NCBI GenBank assembly: GCA_963701855.1
Contig: CAVPBK010000006.1
Span: forward strand, 1,024,001-1,088,000
Source: Nitrospirota bacterium
GTDB lineage: Bacteria > Nitrospirota > Nitrospiria > Nitrospirales > Nitrospiraceae
Length of the DNA: 64,000 nt
Direction: 5' to 3'
The notes under the pieces were generated by a model. That model did no database searches, had not been told where the DNA came from, and worked only from the letters and a program-made list of their open reading frames with translations. Made by a program: the position numbers and the translations under genes. Of the stretch, positions 12,848 to 23,210 are shown in pieces. Each line of letters begins with the position of its first letter. The stretch's first letter is position 1.

Positions 12848-13240
12848 CTAGCTGGGGCCGGGAGGATCTTCACGATCTTCTCCCGTGAGCGAGTCGGCTT
12901 CTTGCGCTTCGAGTGGCTGCAGAACGGTCAGGATGCCCTGTAGCACCTGCCGGCGTTGCTGCAACCCCTTCTTCGGGATATCTCGTGTCAATGGTTCCTG
13001 AGCGGATTCCGGCAAATTTACCAGCGCTTCGGCTTCCCCCACTGTGGCATATTTGTACGATTCCACATACTGATGATTCGCGCCATATATTTTGATCAGC
13101 ATGTCTTCCGTGTCAGCGTCAAACTGATCGAAGGTGGGATTCACCACCGTGTGGTGAGCGAGGCCTTCGAGCTTATCGATCTGCGCCTTGAGACCTTCAC
13201 TCCGGGATTCGGCATGATACATCGAATTGACTTCCGTCAT
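12848..13240 (-). CDS. Hypothetical protein
   Basis: 130 aa ORF with AGGAG SD and natural-looking acidic composition. Confidence 0.7.
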   Translation of the reverse strand: MTEVNSMYHAESRSEGLKAQIDKLEGLAHHTVVNPTFDQFDADTEDMLIKIYGANHQYVESYKYATVGEAEALVNLPESAQEPLTRDIPKKGLQQRRQVLQGILTVLQPLEAQEADSLTGEDREDPPGPS

Positions 13241-13407
13241 ACTGGCGTCTCCTTCCCTGTTAATCTTGATATCCTATCAGCCCTGTCTTCCGTTGTGTGA
13301 GCATTAGTGATCAGTCCTGGATACCTCGACTTTGATATATCTGCATCATCAAACGAGCCGCTGGTGAAGAGTCTGCGCGCATGCTGATACTGAAGGTGGG
13401 ATGCACT

Positions 13408-13422
13408 TGGCACGAGGGATGC
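13408..13422 (+). promoter_or_regulatory. Putative sigma54 (-24/-12) promoter
   Basis: TGGCACGAGGGATGC (GG-N10-GC) ~105 bp upstream of ORF 13527. Confidence 0.55.
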
Positions 13423-13526
13423 CGATAGTTCTCGTCACTCGGGGGCGGACGGCAATCAGACCACATCATGTGAAAGAGAGACGGAATGGATCACGAGTCG
13501 TGAGAGTCTAACCTAAAGGAGGAATC

Positions 13527-13805
13527 ATGGGAGATCATCGTCAGAAAAGGATTGAAGAGATCGCTGCTGAGATAACCGGGCCTATTGTGGAGGCGATTAT
13601 CACAGCTGGAGCCAATGGCAGCGATGGACGTCTTTCCGGTATCTCGAAAGCCAAAGCAATAGGGGAGGCCGCCAGAGTTATATATGAGGAGGTCTTTACA
13701 GGAGTTCTTGTCAGTCTGAAGCCGGGCACATCGAGTGCGCTGCCGAAACCGGGAGATCTGCTTGACCGTGTTACTGGGAAACCAGTCCTGGCCTCTCAAC
13801 CGTGA
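13527..13805 (+). CDS. Small hypothetical protein
   Basis: Strong SD (AAGGAGGA) directly before ATG; 92 aa. Confidence 0.65.
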   Translation: MGDHRQKRIEEIAAEITGPIVEAIITAGANGSDGRLSGISKAKAIGEAARVIYEEVFTGVLVSLKPGTSSALPKPGDLLDRVTGKPVLASQP

Positions 13806-14006
13806 GTGCGGTGATCCTTCAAAACGGCCTTTAGCCTTTTTCCGCTTCCCTAGGAATTCTGCGCACGGTGTTCAAAAACCCCTCGCATGGTCGAGAACCA
13901 AACCGTCGATTTTTCTAGGGCTTTGACATATCCTTCCGCCTGTTCCAAAAACAAATATGTTTGATTCACATCATGCGACTATTATGAATCGCTCCCATAA
14001 GTGCAG

Positions 14007-15083
14007 ATGAAGATTCACCAGACTACTGCGCTCTACGAGACGTGGTTAGCGAAACAGACTGCTCTCGTGTCCAAAGACCTCGCCCTCAAGCACGTCTTGA
14101 TGAAACAGGATCCGTTCTCCTTTTTCCGAGCCACGTTTTATCGGTGGGCGCAGGTATGGCCGGAGGTCTGTGCTGACCTCACTACGGCACCGAAGCTGCG
14201 GGCGATTGGAGACTTGCATGTCGAGAACTTTGGAACCTGGCGCGACAGCGAAGGCCGGCTAATTTGGGGGATCAACGATTTTGACGAAGCCTACCCCCTC
14301 CCATACACCAACGACCTGGTGCGATTGGCCGTCAGTGCCTCAATAGCTATTGAGATAAAGCGTCTAGCCGTGAAGCCCAAGGAGGCCTATGACGCGATTA
14401 TGACTGGCTACACGGAAGGATTGAAGTCGGGCGGCCAACCATTTGTGCTGGCCCAGCAGCATTCGTGGTTGCGTGACATCGCGATCAACAAACTTCGTGG
14501 CCCGGTGGGGTTCTGGATGAAAATGGAGGCCTTGCCGCGTGTGAAGGGCGCCATACCGAAACGTGCACGCGTGGGCTTGAAGCATCTGATGCCGGAACCA
14601 GGCTTGTCGTATAGTCTTCGGCGGCGGGTATCAGGGTCTGGAAATCTGGGGCGTCCACGGTTTGTGGCGCTCGCTGACTGGCAGGGAGGCAAGATAGCCC
14701 GTGAAGCAAAAGCGTTAGGCCCCTCAGCCTGTGCATGGGCAGGAAAGAGGCACGGCCTTTATACGATCTTCTATCAATCCATATTGGACCATGCCGTTCG
14801 ATGTCCTGACCCCTTTGTAAGGATGGAGGGCAACTGGCTGGTACGACGGCTCTCCCCCGATTGCTCCCGCATTGAACTGACCTCCTTGCCGAAGAAACGA
14901 GACGAGGGCACACTGCTCTATGCCATGGGCTTTGAAACGGCCAATGTGCATCTTGGAAGTCCCACGGCGATTCGTCCCATACATCAGGACCTCGCTAAGC
15001 GAAAGGCCAAGTGGCTACGTGGGGCGGCGGAGCAGATGACCGGCGTAACAATCAGCGACTGGATGAAGTGGACAAAAAGATAA
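14007..15083 (+). CDS. DUF2252-family (kinase-like fold) protein
   Basis: PFSFFRATFYRW, GDLHVENFG, INDFDEA and GSGNLGRPR motifs. Confidence 0.8.
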   Translation: MKIHQTTALYETWLAKQTALVSKDLALKHVLMKQDPFSFFRATFYRWAQVWPEVCADLTTAPKLRAIGDLHVENFGTWRDSEGRLIWGINDFDEAYPLPYTNDLVRLAVSASIAIEIKRLAVKPKEAYDAIMTGYTEGLKSGGQPFVLAQQHSWLRDIAINKLRGPVGFWMKMEALPRVKGAIPKRARVGLKHLMPEPGLSYSLRRRVSGSGNLGRPRFVALADWQGGKIAREAKALGPSACAWAGKRHGLYTIFYQSILDHAVRCPDPFVRMEGNWLVRRLSPDCSRIELTSLPKKRDEGTLLYAMGFETANVHLGSPTAIRPIHQDLAKRKAKWLRGAAEQMTGVTISDWMKWTKR

Positions 15084-15312
15084 TCATTCCCATTAGGCAC
15101 TGAGCACTGCCCTGAACGAGCGAACAGGTTCATAAACAGTTGGTTCTGGCTGCTACGATTTCCACTCTTAATCCTGAAGGAAATCACAAGAGTACCCGCC
15201 AGGGAATTCACAAACCTTTTGGCCCCCCCTCGGATACTCCTCAAACACTCCGCTGCATCAATGAGAGCGCGCGAACGATCTAGGTTCCTGACTTCTTTTA
15301 ATCTTCGGAGCT

Positions 15313-15873
15313 CTATTTCTTCTCAGAGGGGCCTTCACCTCTACTGGCACTCTGCGCCCTTTCAATTACGCACTCACCGTTATCGCAAGTCTTCACTCGT
15401 TTTTCCTTCTTCTCCAGACAAGACTTCTTATCCTCTTGACTAATGGCCGCATCGATGCACTTTTTCAACTCCTCCTGAGCTGCCTTGAGACATTGCAAGC
15501 AAAGATTCTGGGCGTCAGATTGCGTCTTATTGGCATCCACTATAGCTTTGGCCGAGTTGGCTGCTTCCACTGCATCATCTTTTGCTTTCTTTGCTGGATC
15601 GAGTGGAGGCACCAGTTCGGATTGTTTCTTCCGAGCCTCATCGCGTGCCGTCTCCGCTTCTATAGCCGCTTTCTCTGCTTCCGCAATCGTTTTTCTCTTC
15701 TGCAAGTCCTCAAGGCTGTTTTGTGCCTGCGTCATAGGCACCCCCAAAAACATGAAAGCCAGTACAATCAGATTCGTTCGCCTGAGTGTGCCATTCCGAA
15801 TGCGTGGTATGTGTTCGCCTTCATTCGAGGTGGTCATAGATCCAACATCGCGACTTGTTGTCCTTGTAAACAT
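15313..15873 (-). CDS. Exported hypothetical protein with coiled coil and Cys-rich C-terminus
   Basis: GAGGAG SD before ATG 15873; hydrophobic signal ending AQ; six Cys in the C-terminal part. Confidence 0.55.
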   Translation of the reverse strand: MFTRTTSRDVGSMTTSNEGEHIPRIRNGTLRRTNLIVLAFMFLGVPMTQAQNSLEDLQKRKTIAEAEKAAIEAETARDEARKKQSELVPPLDPAKKAKDDAVEAANSAKAIVDANKTQSDAQNLCLQCLKAAQEELKKCIDAAISQEDKKSCLEKKEKRVKTCDNGECVIERAQSASRGEGPSEKK

Positions 15874-15901
15874 GACGCTCCTCTCTTCAAGATTTCCAAG
15901 A

Positions 15902-16070
15902 TGACCTTCCCCCATTTGTTACACCAGGGCTAAAAAAGTTCATTTCCGTGCCGCTTGGGACCGGTCTTGATAGTGTTGATGAACTCCATGGATGTCATAT
16001 CCCCAATGGTGCTGTGCATCCGCACCTCATTATATTCCTGATGCCTGGCCTCAATCACGCACTCCCTACG
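15902..16070 (-). mobile_element. IS3-family right-end remnant
   Basis: Minus strand encodes IEARHQEYNEVRMHSTIGDMTSMEF (OrfB YNxxRxHS tail) and ends GGGGGAAGGTCA. Confidence 0.7.
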
Positions 16071-16936
16071 CTTCCGGTAAGGTGACTCACCCCGTGCTGG
16101 ATGGTCCACGCATCCAACGCAGTCCCTGAGAATTCCGGTCTGTTGTCCAGGATTACAGTCTCCGGCAACGGCCGTCCAGAAAAGAGACGGTCCAGAATAC
16201 GGCAGACCTGCTCTTCAAGGAGGTCTTTTTGTCTTGGGAGCAGCTGTTGGAGTCGTACCTATATTGAGCCATGGACAGCCAGGTCTTAGCGTAGGACTTG
16301 TGGATACTAAAACCGGCATTATTCTTCGGCACCATCGAGTCCCAAATATTCTTAAAACGCTGGAGTTATCTGATATGTGCGAGCAATCTGGGGCGATCGA
16401 CTGGACGAGCTTCGCAACTCCTGCTTAACGACACTGTGATAACTATCATCTATACCTGGAAATAAGTACTATGGAGTAGCGTCCGAAATGAACTGGAAAA
16501 TTTTGTCTATGTGCGAAGCACGGATCTCATGCTCCTATAGCGATTGCCATTGATGGCTTCGTCACGAGGGATGAAGACGGCAAGAGTTCGCTTCAAAGAT
16601 CACGGAACCGTGCCGGACGTGATCAATCGGATTGCGCTCGAATGAAATTGATAAAGCGATTGAATCACAAAGCAAAAACGAAAAACAACGCCGAAATCTT
16701 CCGACACGGAGACGCCCTGTTGAGACGCGGGGAGGCGCTTGTTCCAAGTGTGTGATACGACGGCGATGACCGAGGCGTTGGATAGGTTGACCGCCCGCTA
16801 TGGCAATCAACTTGAGCTGGATGCCTTTGCGGAACTTCGGAAATCGTTTATGATCACACGGAGAACGCACCAGGCTGGCCAGCATACGGCCATCGCGGAT
16901 GTTGGCCCATTTCAAATAAACAAAAGGGAGAACACT

Positions 16937-17179
16937 ATGATAATCCGACAAACGTGCGTCTATGTCGTAATGGTGAGTGGGATTCTCTTATTCGCTGGCT
17001 GTGCTTTTGTGAACTACGAACCACATGACGGAACTCAATTCGATAGTGCTCTGGAGAGTCAATCAAAAACTCTTGCTGGATCGTACAAAGACATTGGATC
17101 GAACGGCTCCATCAAGCCACATCCCGAATCATCGTACAAGATGAGCCAGGAGCCACCTAGCCAACCAACGGTGCAATAA
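16937..17179 (+). CDS. Small putative lipoprotein
   Basis: AGGGAG SD; signal peptide with lipobox FAGC. Confidence 0.55.
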   Translation: MIIRQTCVYVVMVSGILLFAGCAFVNYEPHDGTQFDSALESQSKTLAGSYKDIGSNGSIKPHPESSYKMSQEPPSQPTVQ

Positions 17180-17352
17180 TTCTAGGTGGACTGGCAGACA
17201 TACCCGATTTGAGAACGCATACTATCAAAGGTCGACTGGAGGAACAACGGCTCGCTCCGGATATGGCTCGAACCGGACGGGTTTATCTCGTGGAGCCGTG
17301 GAGGAGACGGCCAGTAGGCGTCTCGTGTAAGGCTTATTTAAGGGGTCGCACC

Positions 17353-18750
17353 CACTCTTGTCCAAAATAAGTTCTTAAAATGCCTCCGGCTTGTGAGTAG
17401 GATGGGTTGTTCCTTCACATCCATCGACGGCGTTGCCACGCCGTGTCACCCACAAGCCGGAGGTATTGGATGGGAGCCGTTGCCAGTTGTTTTGCGCAAA
17501 TCCTGTCTCTGATCGATCGTGCGGGATTTGCGCGTGCCGTGCGGCAGCCCCACGCTGAGCGAGCGGCCAAGGGATTCAGCGGCCGGGCTCATTTCGTCGC
17601 CATGCTGTGTTGCCAAATGGGGCGCGCGCAGTCGCTCCGAGAGATCTGCAGCGGCTTGGCGACCAGCCTGGGCAAACGGGTTCACCTCGGCGTGCGGCGA
17701 ACGCCAACCCGGTCGACGCTGGCCTAGGCCAACGCTCATCGGCCGTGGCCACTGTACGAGACGCTCGTCTATCAGGTGCTCACCCAGGGTCAGGTGGTGG
17801 CGGCCGCGACGCGACGGCGGGTTCGGTGCAAGCACCCGCTGCGGACTCTGGATACGACGATCATCGAGTTGTGTGCCACGGTGTTCGAGTGGGCCCGGGT
17901 TCAGCGGACCCAAGGAGCCATCACGCGCCAGCTCCAACTCGATCCCCAGGGGTGTCTGCCCTGCGGGGCCCTCGTGACCGACGGCGACCCCAACGATGTC
18001 CGTGTTGCGCAGCAGCGGACGTTTGCTCCCGGCACCATTGTGGCGATGGATCGGGGCCACCGGGACTAGGCCCTCTATCATCGCTGGACAGTGACAGGGG
18101 TCGGGTTTGTCGCACGCCCACGCACCAATATGTTGTACGAGGTTCTGGCGCGACGCTCGGTGCCTCCCCGCGGTGCCGTGCTCGCCGATGAGGTGATTCG
18201 CCGGACCGGCCTGCCTGCAGCCGACCGGTGCTCCGTCCCCCTGCGGCAGGTGACGATCTGGGACGAGACGCAGCAGCGCCGGCTCATGTTCCTCACAAAT
18301 CTGATGCACCTCGCTGCAAGCACGATCGCAGCCATCGATACGGAGCGATGGCAGATTGAACTGCGCGTTACGGCCTTGACGCAACGCCTCAAAATCAAAA
18401 CCTTCGTGGGTACCAGTGAGAACGCGGGGCAGCTCCAACTCTAGATCGCTCTGCTGGCGATGTTGCGGCTGAAGTATCTGCAGCGGAAATCCATCGGGCC
18501 ATGGAGTCTCTCGACCCTCGCGGCCTTACTCCGCTTCACTTTGTTGACCTATCGGGACCTGTGGGCCTGGCTCAATGCGCCCGTTGGACGTCCGGGGAGC
18601 ACCCCGGCGCCCATGCAAGCGACACTCTTCGCCACATGATCCTGGACAGCAGCATGGGCAACCTCATCCGAAACCCCGAACCACCGCCGGCTGAAAGGCA
18701 GAATTCACGCGGAGAGGACTCTGAGGGCAAGATTATTTTGGACAGCAGTG
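17353..18750 (+). mobile_element. IS4-family insertion sequence (inactive)
   Basis: 18-bp terminal IRs CACTCTTGTCCAAAATAA / TTATTTTGGACAGCAGTG (2 mismatches) enclose a transposase pseudogene. Confidence 0.88.
17470..18639 (+). pseudogene. IS4 (DUF4372 + DDE) transposase pseudogene
   Basis: One frame with SLREIC, LDTTII, MDRG, FLTN and ERWQIE motifs, broken by in-frame TAG at 17725, 18067 and 18442. Confidence 0.88.
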
Positions 18751-19152
18751 GGGCAGGTCATTTCCGTATCGTTTGCCAAGCTAGCACTACGATTCCTAAT
18801 AGGCCCAAAGCGCCCATGAGCCAATCCGCTACATTAAGAGCGGACAGGCAGTCTTGACTACTAAACAGTTTCCAGCTAAAAAAACACGACATGGCAAATA
18901 TCGCCAAAAAATAATGCGTATTCATACTGCACTTGTCTGGCGAGTGCAAGTAGGGCACAATCGCCTTATTGAGCGGCGTGAAACGGTTACTAAACCGTTT
19001 GTCGCGACCTAGGAAACTCAAATCTCAGGGTACGCAAAGGGTACAGATCGGGGAGCCAGCATCCTTAAAAGTAAAAAACAAATCCTCCTTGAGAGTGCTG
19101 CTATCGGAGCCAATAAGCGAATCAAGTCACAAGAAAAAACGGAGGATTCATC

Positions 19153-19749
19153 ATGAGCATGAAAGGCTTTTGGTTGGGACTCGCTGTTGGAACCATCGTC
19201 ACTGGCCTACTCGGTCAGTGGGTGTTCTCCGCCGCGAGCAAGGAGACAGAGCCGCTCAGGGGCATATCCCCCGAAATTGTCGCCGCTTATATACATAGTG
19301 TAGTCCAGGCAGATCGAACTTTTTACACGAGGGAGATTGTGGATCGGATGCAGAGGCGAGGCCTTGTCCACGCCTCGGAGCACTGGAAGGAGAACGGAGA
19401 TCTCCCTCTACCTGCCCAATTTGTACTCGAAACGGGGCGGCTCATAGCTCAACAACCAATTGGAATTCAATTCCGGTTGATCAGCAGTTGGCCGATAAAT
19501 GGAAAGAACAGCCCAACGACAGAGTTCGAGCGGACCGCGCTTACGAAGATCCTCGGGAATAGCGATCTTCCCTATACAACCGTTACAACCGTGGGCGGAG
19601 CTCGTGTCTTCCAAGTACTCTATGCCGATAAAGCCGTGTCTCAGGTGTGCGCCGATTGTCACAATGGACACGTTAAAAGCCCAAAGAGGGATTTCAAGGC
19701 GGGAGACGTGATGGGTGGGATGCTTCTAACGATTCCACTCCCACAATAG
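19153..19749 (+). CDS. DUF3365 (Tll0287-like) c-type heme protein
   Basis: GGAGG SD, N-terminal TM, LPLPAQF, PINGKNSP, CxxCH (CADCH), GDVMGG tail. Confidence 0.82.
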   Translation: MSMKGFWLGLAVGTIVTGLLGQWVFSAASKETEPLRGISPEIVAAYIHSVVQADRTFYTREIVDRMQRRGLVHASEHWKENGDLPLPAQFVLETGRLIAQQPIGIQFRLISSWPINGKNSPTTEFERTALTKILGNSDLPYTTVTTVGGARVFQVLYADKAVSQVCADCHNGHVKSPKRDFKAGDVMGGMLLTIPLPQ

Positions 19750-19774
19750 GGAAGGCCAACCGAAGATGAGCGAC

Positions 19775-20133
19775 TGACCTGCCCGGGGAAATTTGGTCCA
19801 GGGTGAATGTTAGACTGGACCGCACAACCAGGAGGTCAGAATCATGCCCAAGAAACGGTATACGCACGAAGAGATTATTGAACATCTGTGGACGGTTGAG
19901 CTCGACACGAGCAAAGGCCCGGCCGTGCTCGACTCCTGCCGGAAGCTCGGCATCACGGAGCAAGATGTGCGATCAGCTTCTCAGCGGGGAGCTGTTCTAC
20001 ACGCTGAAAGAAGCCCAGATCATCATCGAACGCTGGAGGATTCACTACAACACGGTCCGTCCGCACAGCAGTCTCGGGGGCTTGCGAGCTGAAAACTAAC
20101 ATGGTACGTGGTACGAAAACTCCCGGCTGGTCA
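19775..20133 (+). mobile_element. Internally deleted IS3-family element (359 bp)
   Basis: Ends TGACCTGCCCGGGG... and ...CTCCCGGCTGGTCA; OrfA start MPKKRYTHEEII joined to OrfB tail IERWRIHYNTVRPHSSLG. Confidence 0.85.
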
Positions 20134-20234
20134 CACAGGACAGTTTCTCCCATCGGTAACCAACGTCCTCCACTTTGAATTAAGGGTGATTGTAATGGTC
20201 GCTTAGTAGTAGACTTCTGGATGGGCTGTAGGTG

Positions 20235-21152
20235 CTAATCCTTCATAGTCGAGGTAGTATCTTCAAGATCTTTGATCGTGCGATTCAGGCATTTCCGCCC
20301 CTCTTCTTCATCCCCTCCGTACCAGTCCACTAAGTTTGAGCTAGATTTGACATTCGCCGGACGGGGTCCAGGGTATAGTGCCACCTTTAAATCTTTCTTC
20401 TCGCATCCTGATCTAGGCTTATAACTGACGCTCGGATTTGGTTCAGATAGTTGATAATCTTGATAACGCAAAAGATAAAGTAGCTCATGAATGCTATTAA
20501 CGGCTTTATGCGCGGCCGAAATTTTCCGTGAGCGCAACGAATAAATATGTTGTCCATGCAACTCCATAAACTTCTTGCTGCTTCTCTGAAAAAGTGAAGC
20601 AATCTCTTTCTGTTTCGCACTGCTTTCCCGGGTCGCTTTCGATTGATTTTCCATCTTGAGCTGCTCTTCATGAATCAGTGAAAGAACGGACATCGCGCGC
20701 ATGTCAAGAATTGAAATCAGTTCTTCAACGGAATTCTGGTCCCCACTAAGCTTACTCCACTCGCGGAGGGCTTGAGACGTTAAAGATTTTGATGTTGATT
20801 CCGAAAATCCTCGGTTACCTGAGATTTCACAAATGTAAAACAAAATGGAATTCAGATCGGTCTTTTCCGGGGTATTTCCCGCGAGAGTTTGAAGATTTCT
20901 TGTGAATTCCGTATTAATGCTCCCTAGTTCTAGCTGGCTAAGTTTTAGAACACTGTCAAGATTCTGTTTGACATCAGCACTGTAAGAAGCTGGGGGTTGT
21001 TCTGTACATTTTGCGTCGACACGGGCCTTTTTTATTTGTCCGCCTTCTTTTGGTTCGACTTGGCCTAGTTTTACGGTACGATTTTCGGTAGTCGAACCAG
21101 TCTCACAACCTACAAGGAAAACAAGAAAAAGAGCTATAACGAGTCTTGTCAT
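20235..21152 (-). CDS. Hypothetical lipoprotein (AT-rich)
   Basis: AGGAGG SD; lipobox LVGC; 305 aa; visibly lower GC than its flanks. Confidence 0.75.
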   Translation of the reverse strand: MTRLVIALFLVFLVGCETGSTTENRTVKLGQVEPKEGGQIKKARVDAKCTEQPPASYSADVKQNLDSVLKLSQLELGSINTEFTRNLQTLAGNTPEKTDLNSILFYICEISGNRGFSESTSKSLTSQALREWSKLSGDQNSVEELISILDMRAMSVLSLIHEEQLKMENQSKATRESSAKQKEIASLFQRSSKKFMELHGQHIYSLRSRKISAAHKAVNSIHELLYLLRYQDYQLSEPNPSVSYKPRSGCEKKDLKVALYPGPRPANVKSSSNLVDWYGGDEEEGRKCLNRTIKDLEDTTSTMKD

Positions 21153-21716
21153 GATACCTCCTGGTTATTCACTTCAAAACATTTGAACCGTCGGATCATA
21201 GGTGCCTCTCCGATCAAAATCAATGAAAAGGAGTTATTAAGACACTGGCCCTTCTTGCATAAATCAGAGACACGGCTTCAGGTTGGATTTTATGCGAGGT
21301 TCAGTTCCTATCCGATCTGTGCTTGCAGAAGACACCTGAGTTCAACCGCAGAACCCTCTTTCCGACACCGACTTTGTTCTAACACTGAGCAAATCCACCC
21401 GATGGTGTTTTCCCTGGCGAAAGAGGGGAGTACTGGCCGTATGCATGCCATCGAAGTTTCCGAGCATGCTGCCATCATCGTTGCCGGTATGATGGGAAAC
21501 TTAGGCAGGAGGTTTTTGATTACAGGTGCGGATAGAGCATACCGCAGTGTAGTGTAGTGTTAAAGTCACCTCAACCAACCCGAGTGCAAACCCATGAGAC
21601 AGCATTACCTACGCATGCTTTTTTGCCCAAGTCAGTTGCCGTCATCGATGCCAGCGAGCGCCCCAATGCCGTGGGCGAGATCGTATTTAGGAACATACTG
21701 GAGAGTGGGTATACAA

Positions 21717-21906
21717 TATAACAGCCGCCGATGGATCTCCAGCTCTTTGGCGAACTCCACAATATTCTCGCACTGCTTGAGCCGCTCCACAGCCATCTGC
21801 CGGAACGCCTTCGGAAACTTTCCCACGCGCTTTTTTGCCACTTGCCACCTCCTCTGCTGTGACAAGTGTGCTAATTTTTTCTGTCTCATTCTAGGGGTGC
21901 AGTCCA
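21717..21906 (-). mobile_element. IS3-family left-end remnant with truncated OrfA
   Basis: End TGGACTGCACCCCTAGAATGAGACAG; GGAGG SD; KFPKAFRQMAVERL..AKELEIHRRLLY HTH, then loss of similarity. Confidence 0.72.
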
Positions 21907-21977
21907 CGTCTGATCACGCTGTGGCTGGGACCGGAAGCGAACTCGCTATAAGTTGTTGAGAGAAAAGAGAGAAGGTG

Positions 21978-22054
<77 letters not shown>

Positions 22055-22059
22055 TGCGA

Positions 22060-22089
22060 ATGCTAACAAAGCGTTAAACGGCAAGTCAA
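22060..22089 (-). promoter_or_regulatory. Putative sigma70 promoter of tRNA-fMet
   Basis: TTGACT-N18-TAGCAT just upstream of the tRNA 5' end. Confidence 0.55.
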
Positions 22090-22144
22090 GCCAGCGCCGC
22101 GCAACCAAGTTGCTTTCGCTCACCCGCAATGCTAAAGCGATAAC

Positions 22145-23092
22145 ATGCGACTCGTATTCATGGGTACGCCGGAATTTGCGGCGGCTTCTCTTGAGGCCTT
22201 GTTGAGGTCGGACAATTCCGTTGTCGGTATTGTCACTCAGCCGGATCGCCCGAAAGGGCGCGGGCAAACACTTAAACCGTCACCGGTGAAACTTCTGGCT
22301 CAGCGAGAGCAGATTCCGCTGCTGCAACCGCTCAAGATAAAGGATCCTGAATTCCATCATGCTCTGGCTGGGTGGAAACCGGACCTGATTGCAGTCGCAG
22401 CATTCGGGCGCATCTTGCCATCGGCAATCCTCTCGCTTCCCCCACTCGGCTGTATCAATGTACATGGTTCCCTTCTTCCCAAATATCGCGGGGCTGGTCC
22501 GATCCAGTGGGCGATCATCAACGGTGAGACGGAAACAGGAATTACGACTATGCTGATGGACGAGGGGATGGATACTGGCTCGATATTGCTCCAAGAGGTC
22601 ATCCCTATTACGCCTGACGATACCGCCGGTACCCTCTCGCCACGTTTGGCTGAACTCGGAGGCAGACTGTTGGTCAAGACGATTGCTCAACTCAAGGCCG
22701 GTACCCTCGTACCGCGACCGCAAGATTCTTCGCGAGCGACCTTGGCACCGTTGTTGAAAAAAGAAGATGGTGCGATTGATTGGGCGTTGCCGGCTGCCGA
22801 CCTGGCCAACCGAGTCCGCGGACTCTCTCCCTGGCCGGGGACCTACACAACCTTGACCGGAGGCGACCGTTGGACGATTTGGCGAGCCCTGGCACTTCCA
22901 GGTCCTGTGATAAAGCCTCCGGGAATGGTCGTCGCCGTCACCAGCGAGGCCATTCATGTTGCGACTGGGAAGGGAGTCCTTGCCGTGACGGAGCTGCAGC
23001 CTGCTAATAGCCGTCGCATGGCTATCTCTCAATACTTGGCAGGCCATCCCATTGCTGTTGGATTGCAGTTAGGAGGACCGGCTCTTTCCTAG
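22145..23092 (+). CDS. fmt: Methionyl-tRNA formyltransferase
   Basis: MRLVFMGTPEFA, VTQPDRPKGRG, INVHGSLLPKYRGAGPIQWAI. Confidence 0.97.
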   Translation: MRLVFMGTPEFAAASLEALLRSDNSVVGIVTQPDRPKGRGQTLKPSPVKLLAQREQIPLLQPLKIKDPEFHHALAGWKPDLIAVAAFGRILPSAILSLPPLGCINVHGSLLPKYRGAGPIQWAIINGETETGITTMLMDEGMDTGSILLQEVIPITPDDTAGTLSPRLAELGGRLLVKTIAQLKAGTLVPRPQDSSRATLAPLLKKEDGAIDWALPAADLANRVRGLSPWPGTYTTLTGGDRWTIWRALALPGPVIKPPGMVVAVTSEAIHVATGKGVLAVTELQPANSRRMAISQYLAGHPIAVGLQLGGPALS

Positions 23093-23108
23093 TCCACTAG
23101 TCTGTTTT

Positions 23109-23196
23109 GTTCATTTGGTTGACCTGGTCTATCTGGTTAGTTTCGTTCAACCAAAAAAACTAGACAAACCAGTTAGACCAGGTCAACCAAATGAAC
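23109..23196. repeat. Long intergenic inverted repeat
   Basis: Perfect 23-bp arms GTTCATTTGGTTGACCTGGTCTA (23109-23131) / TAGACCAGGTCAACCAAATGAAC (23174-23196). Confidence 0.85.
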
Positions 23197-23210
23197 CAGG
23201 CTTGTCCCCT

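Noticed and set aside
17446..18438. 330-aa minus-strand ORF
   Set aside because: Antisense shadow of the IS4 transposase.
17470..18639. TAG read-through or recoding in the IS4 transposase (three in-frame TAGs, no frameshift)
   Set aside because: Core genes here (fmt, rpe, pheS) end in TAG, and conserved residues are also decayed, so it is a pseudogene.
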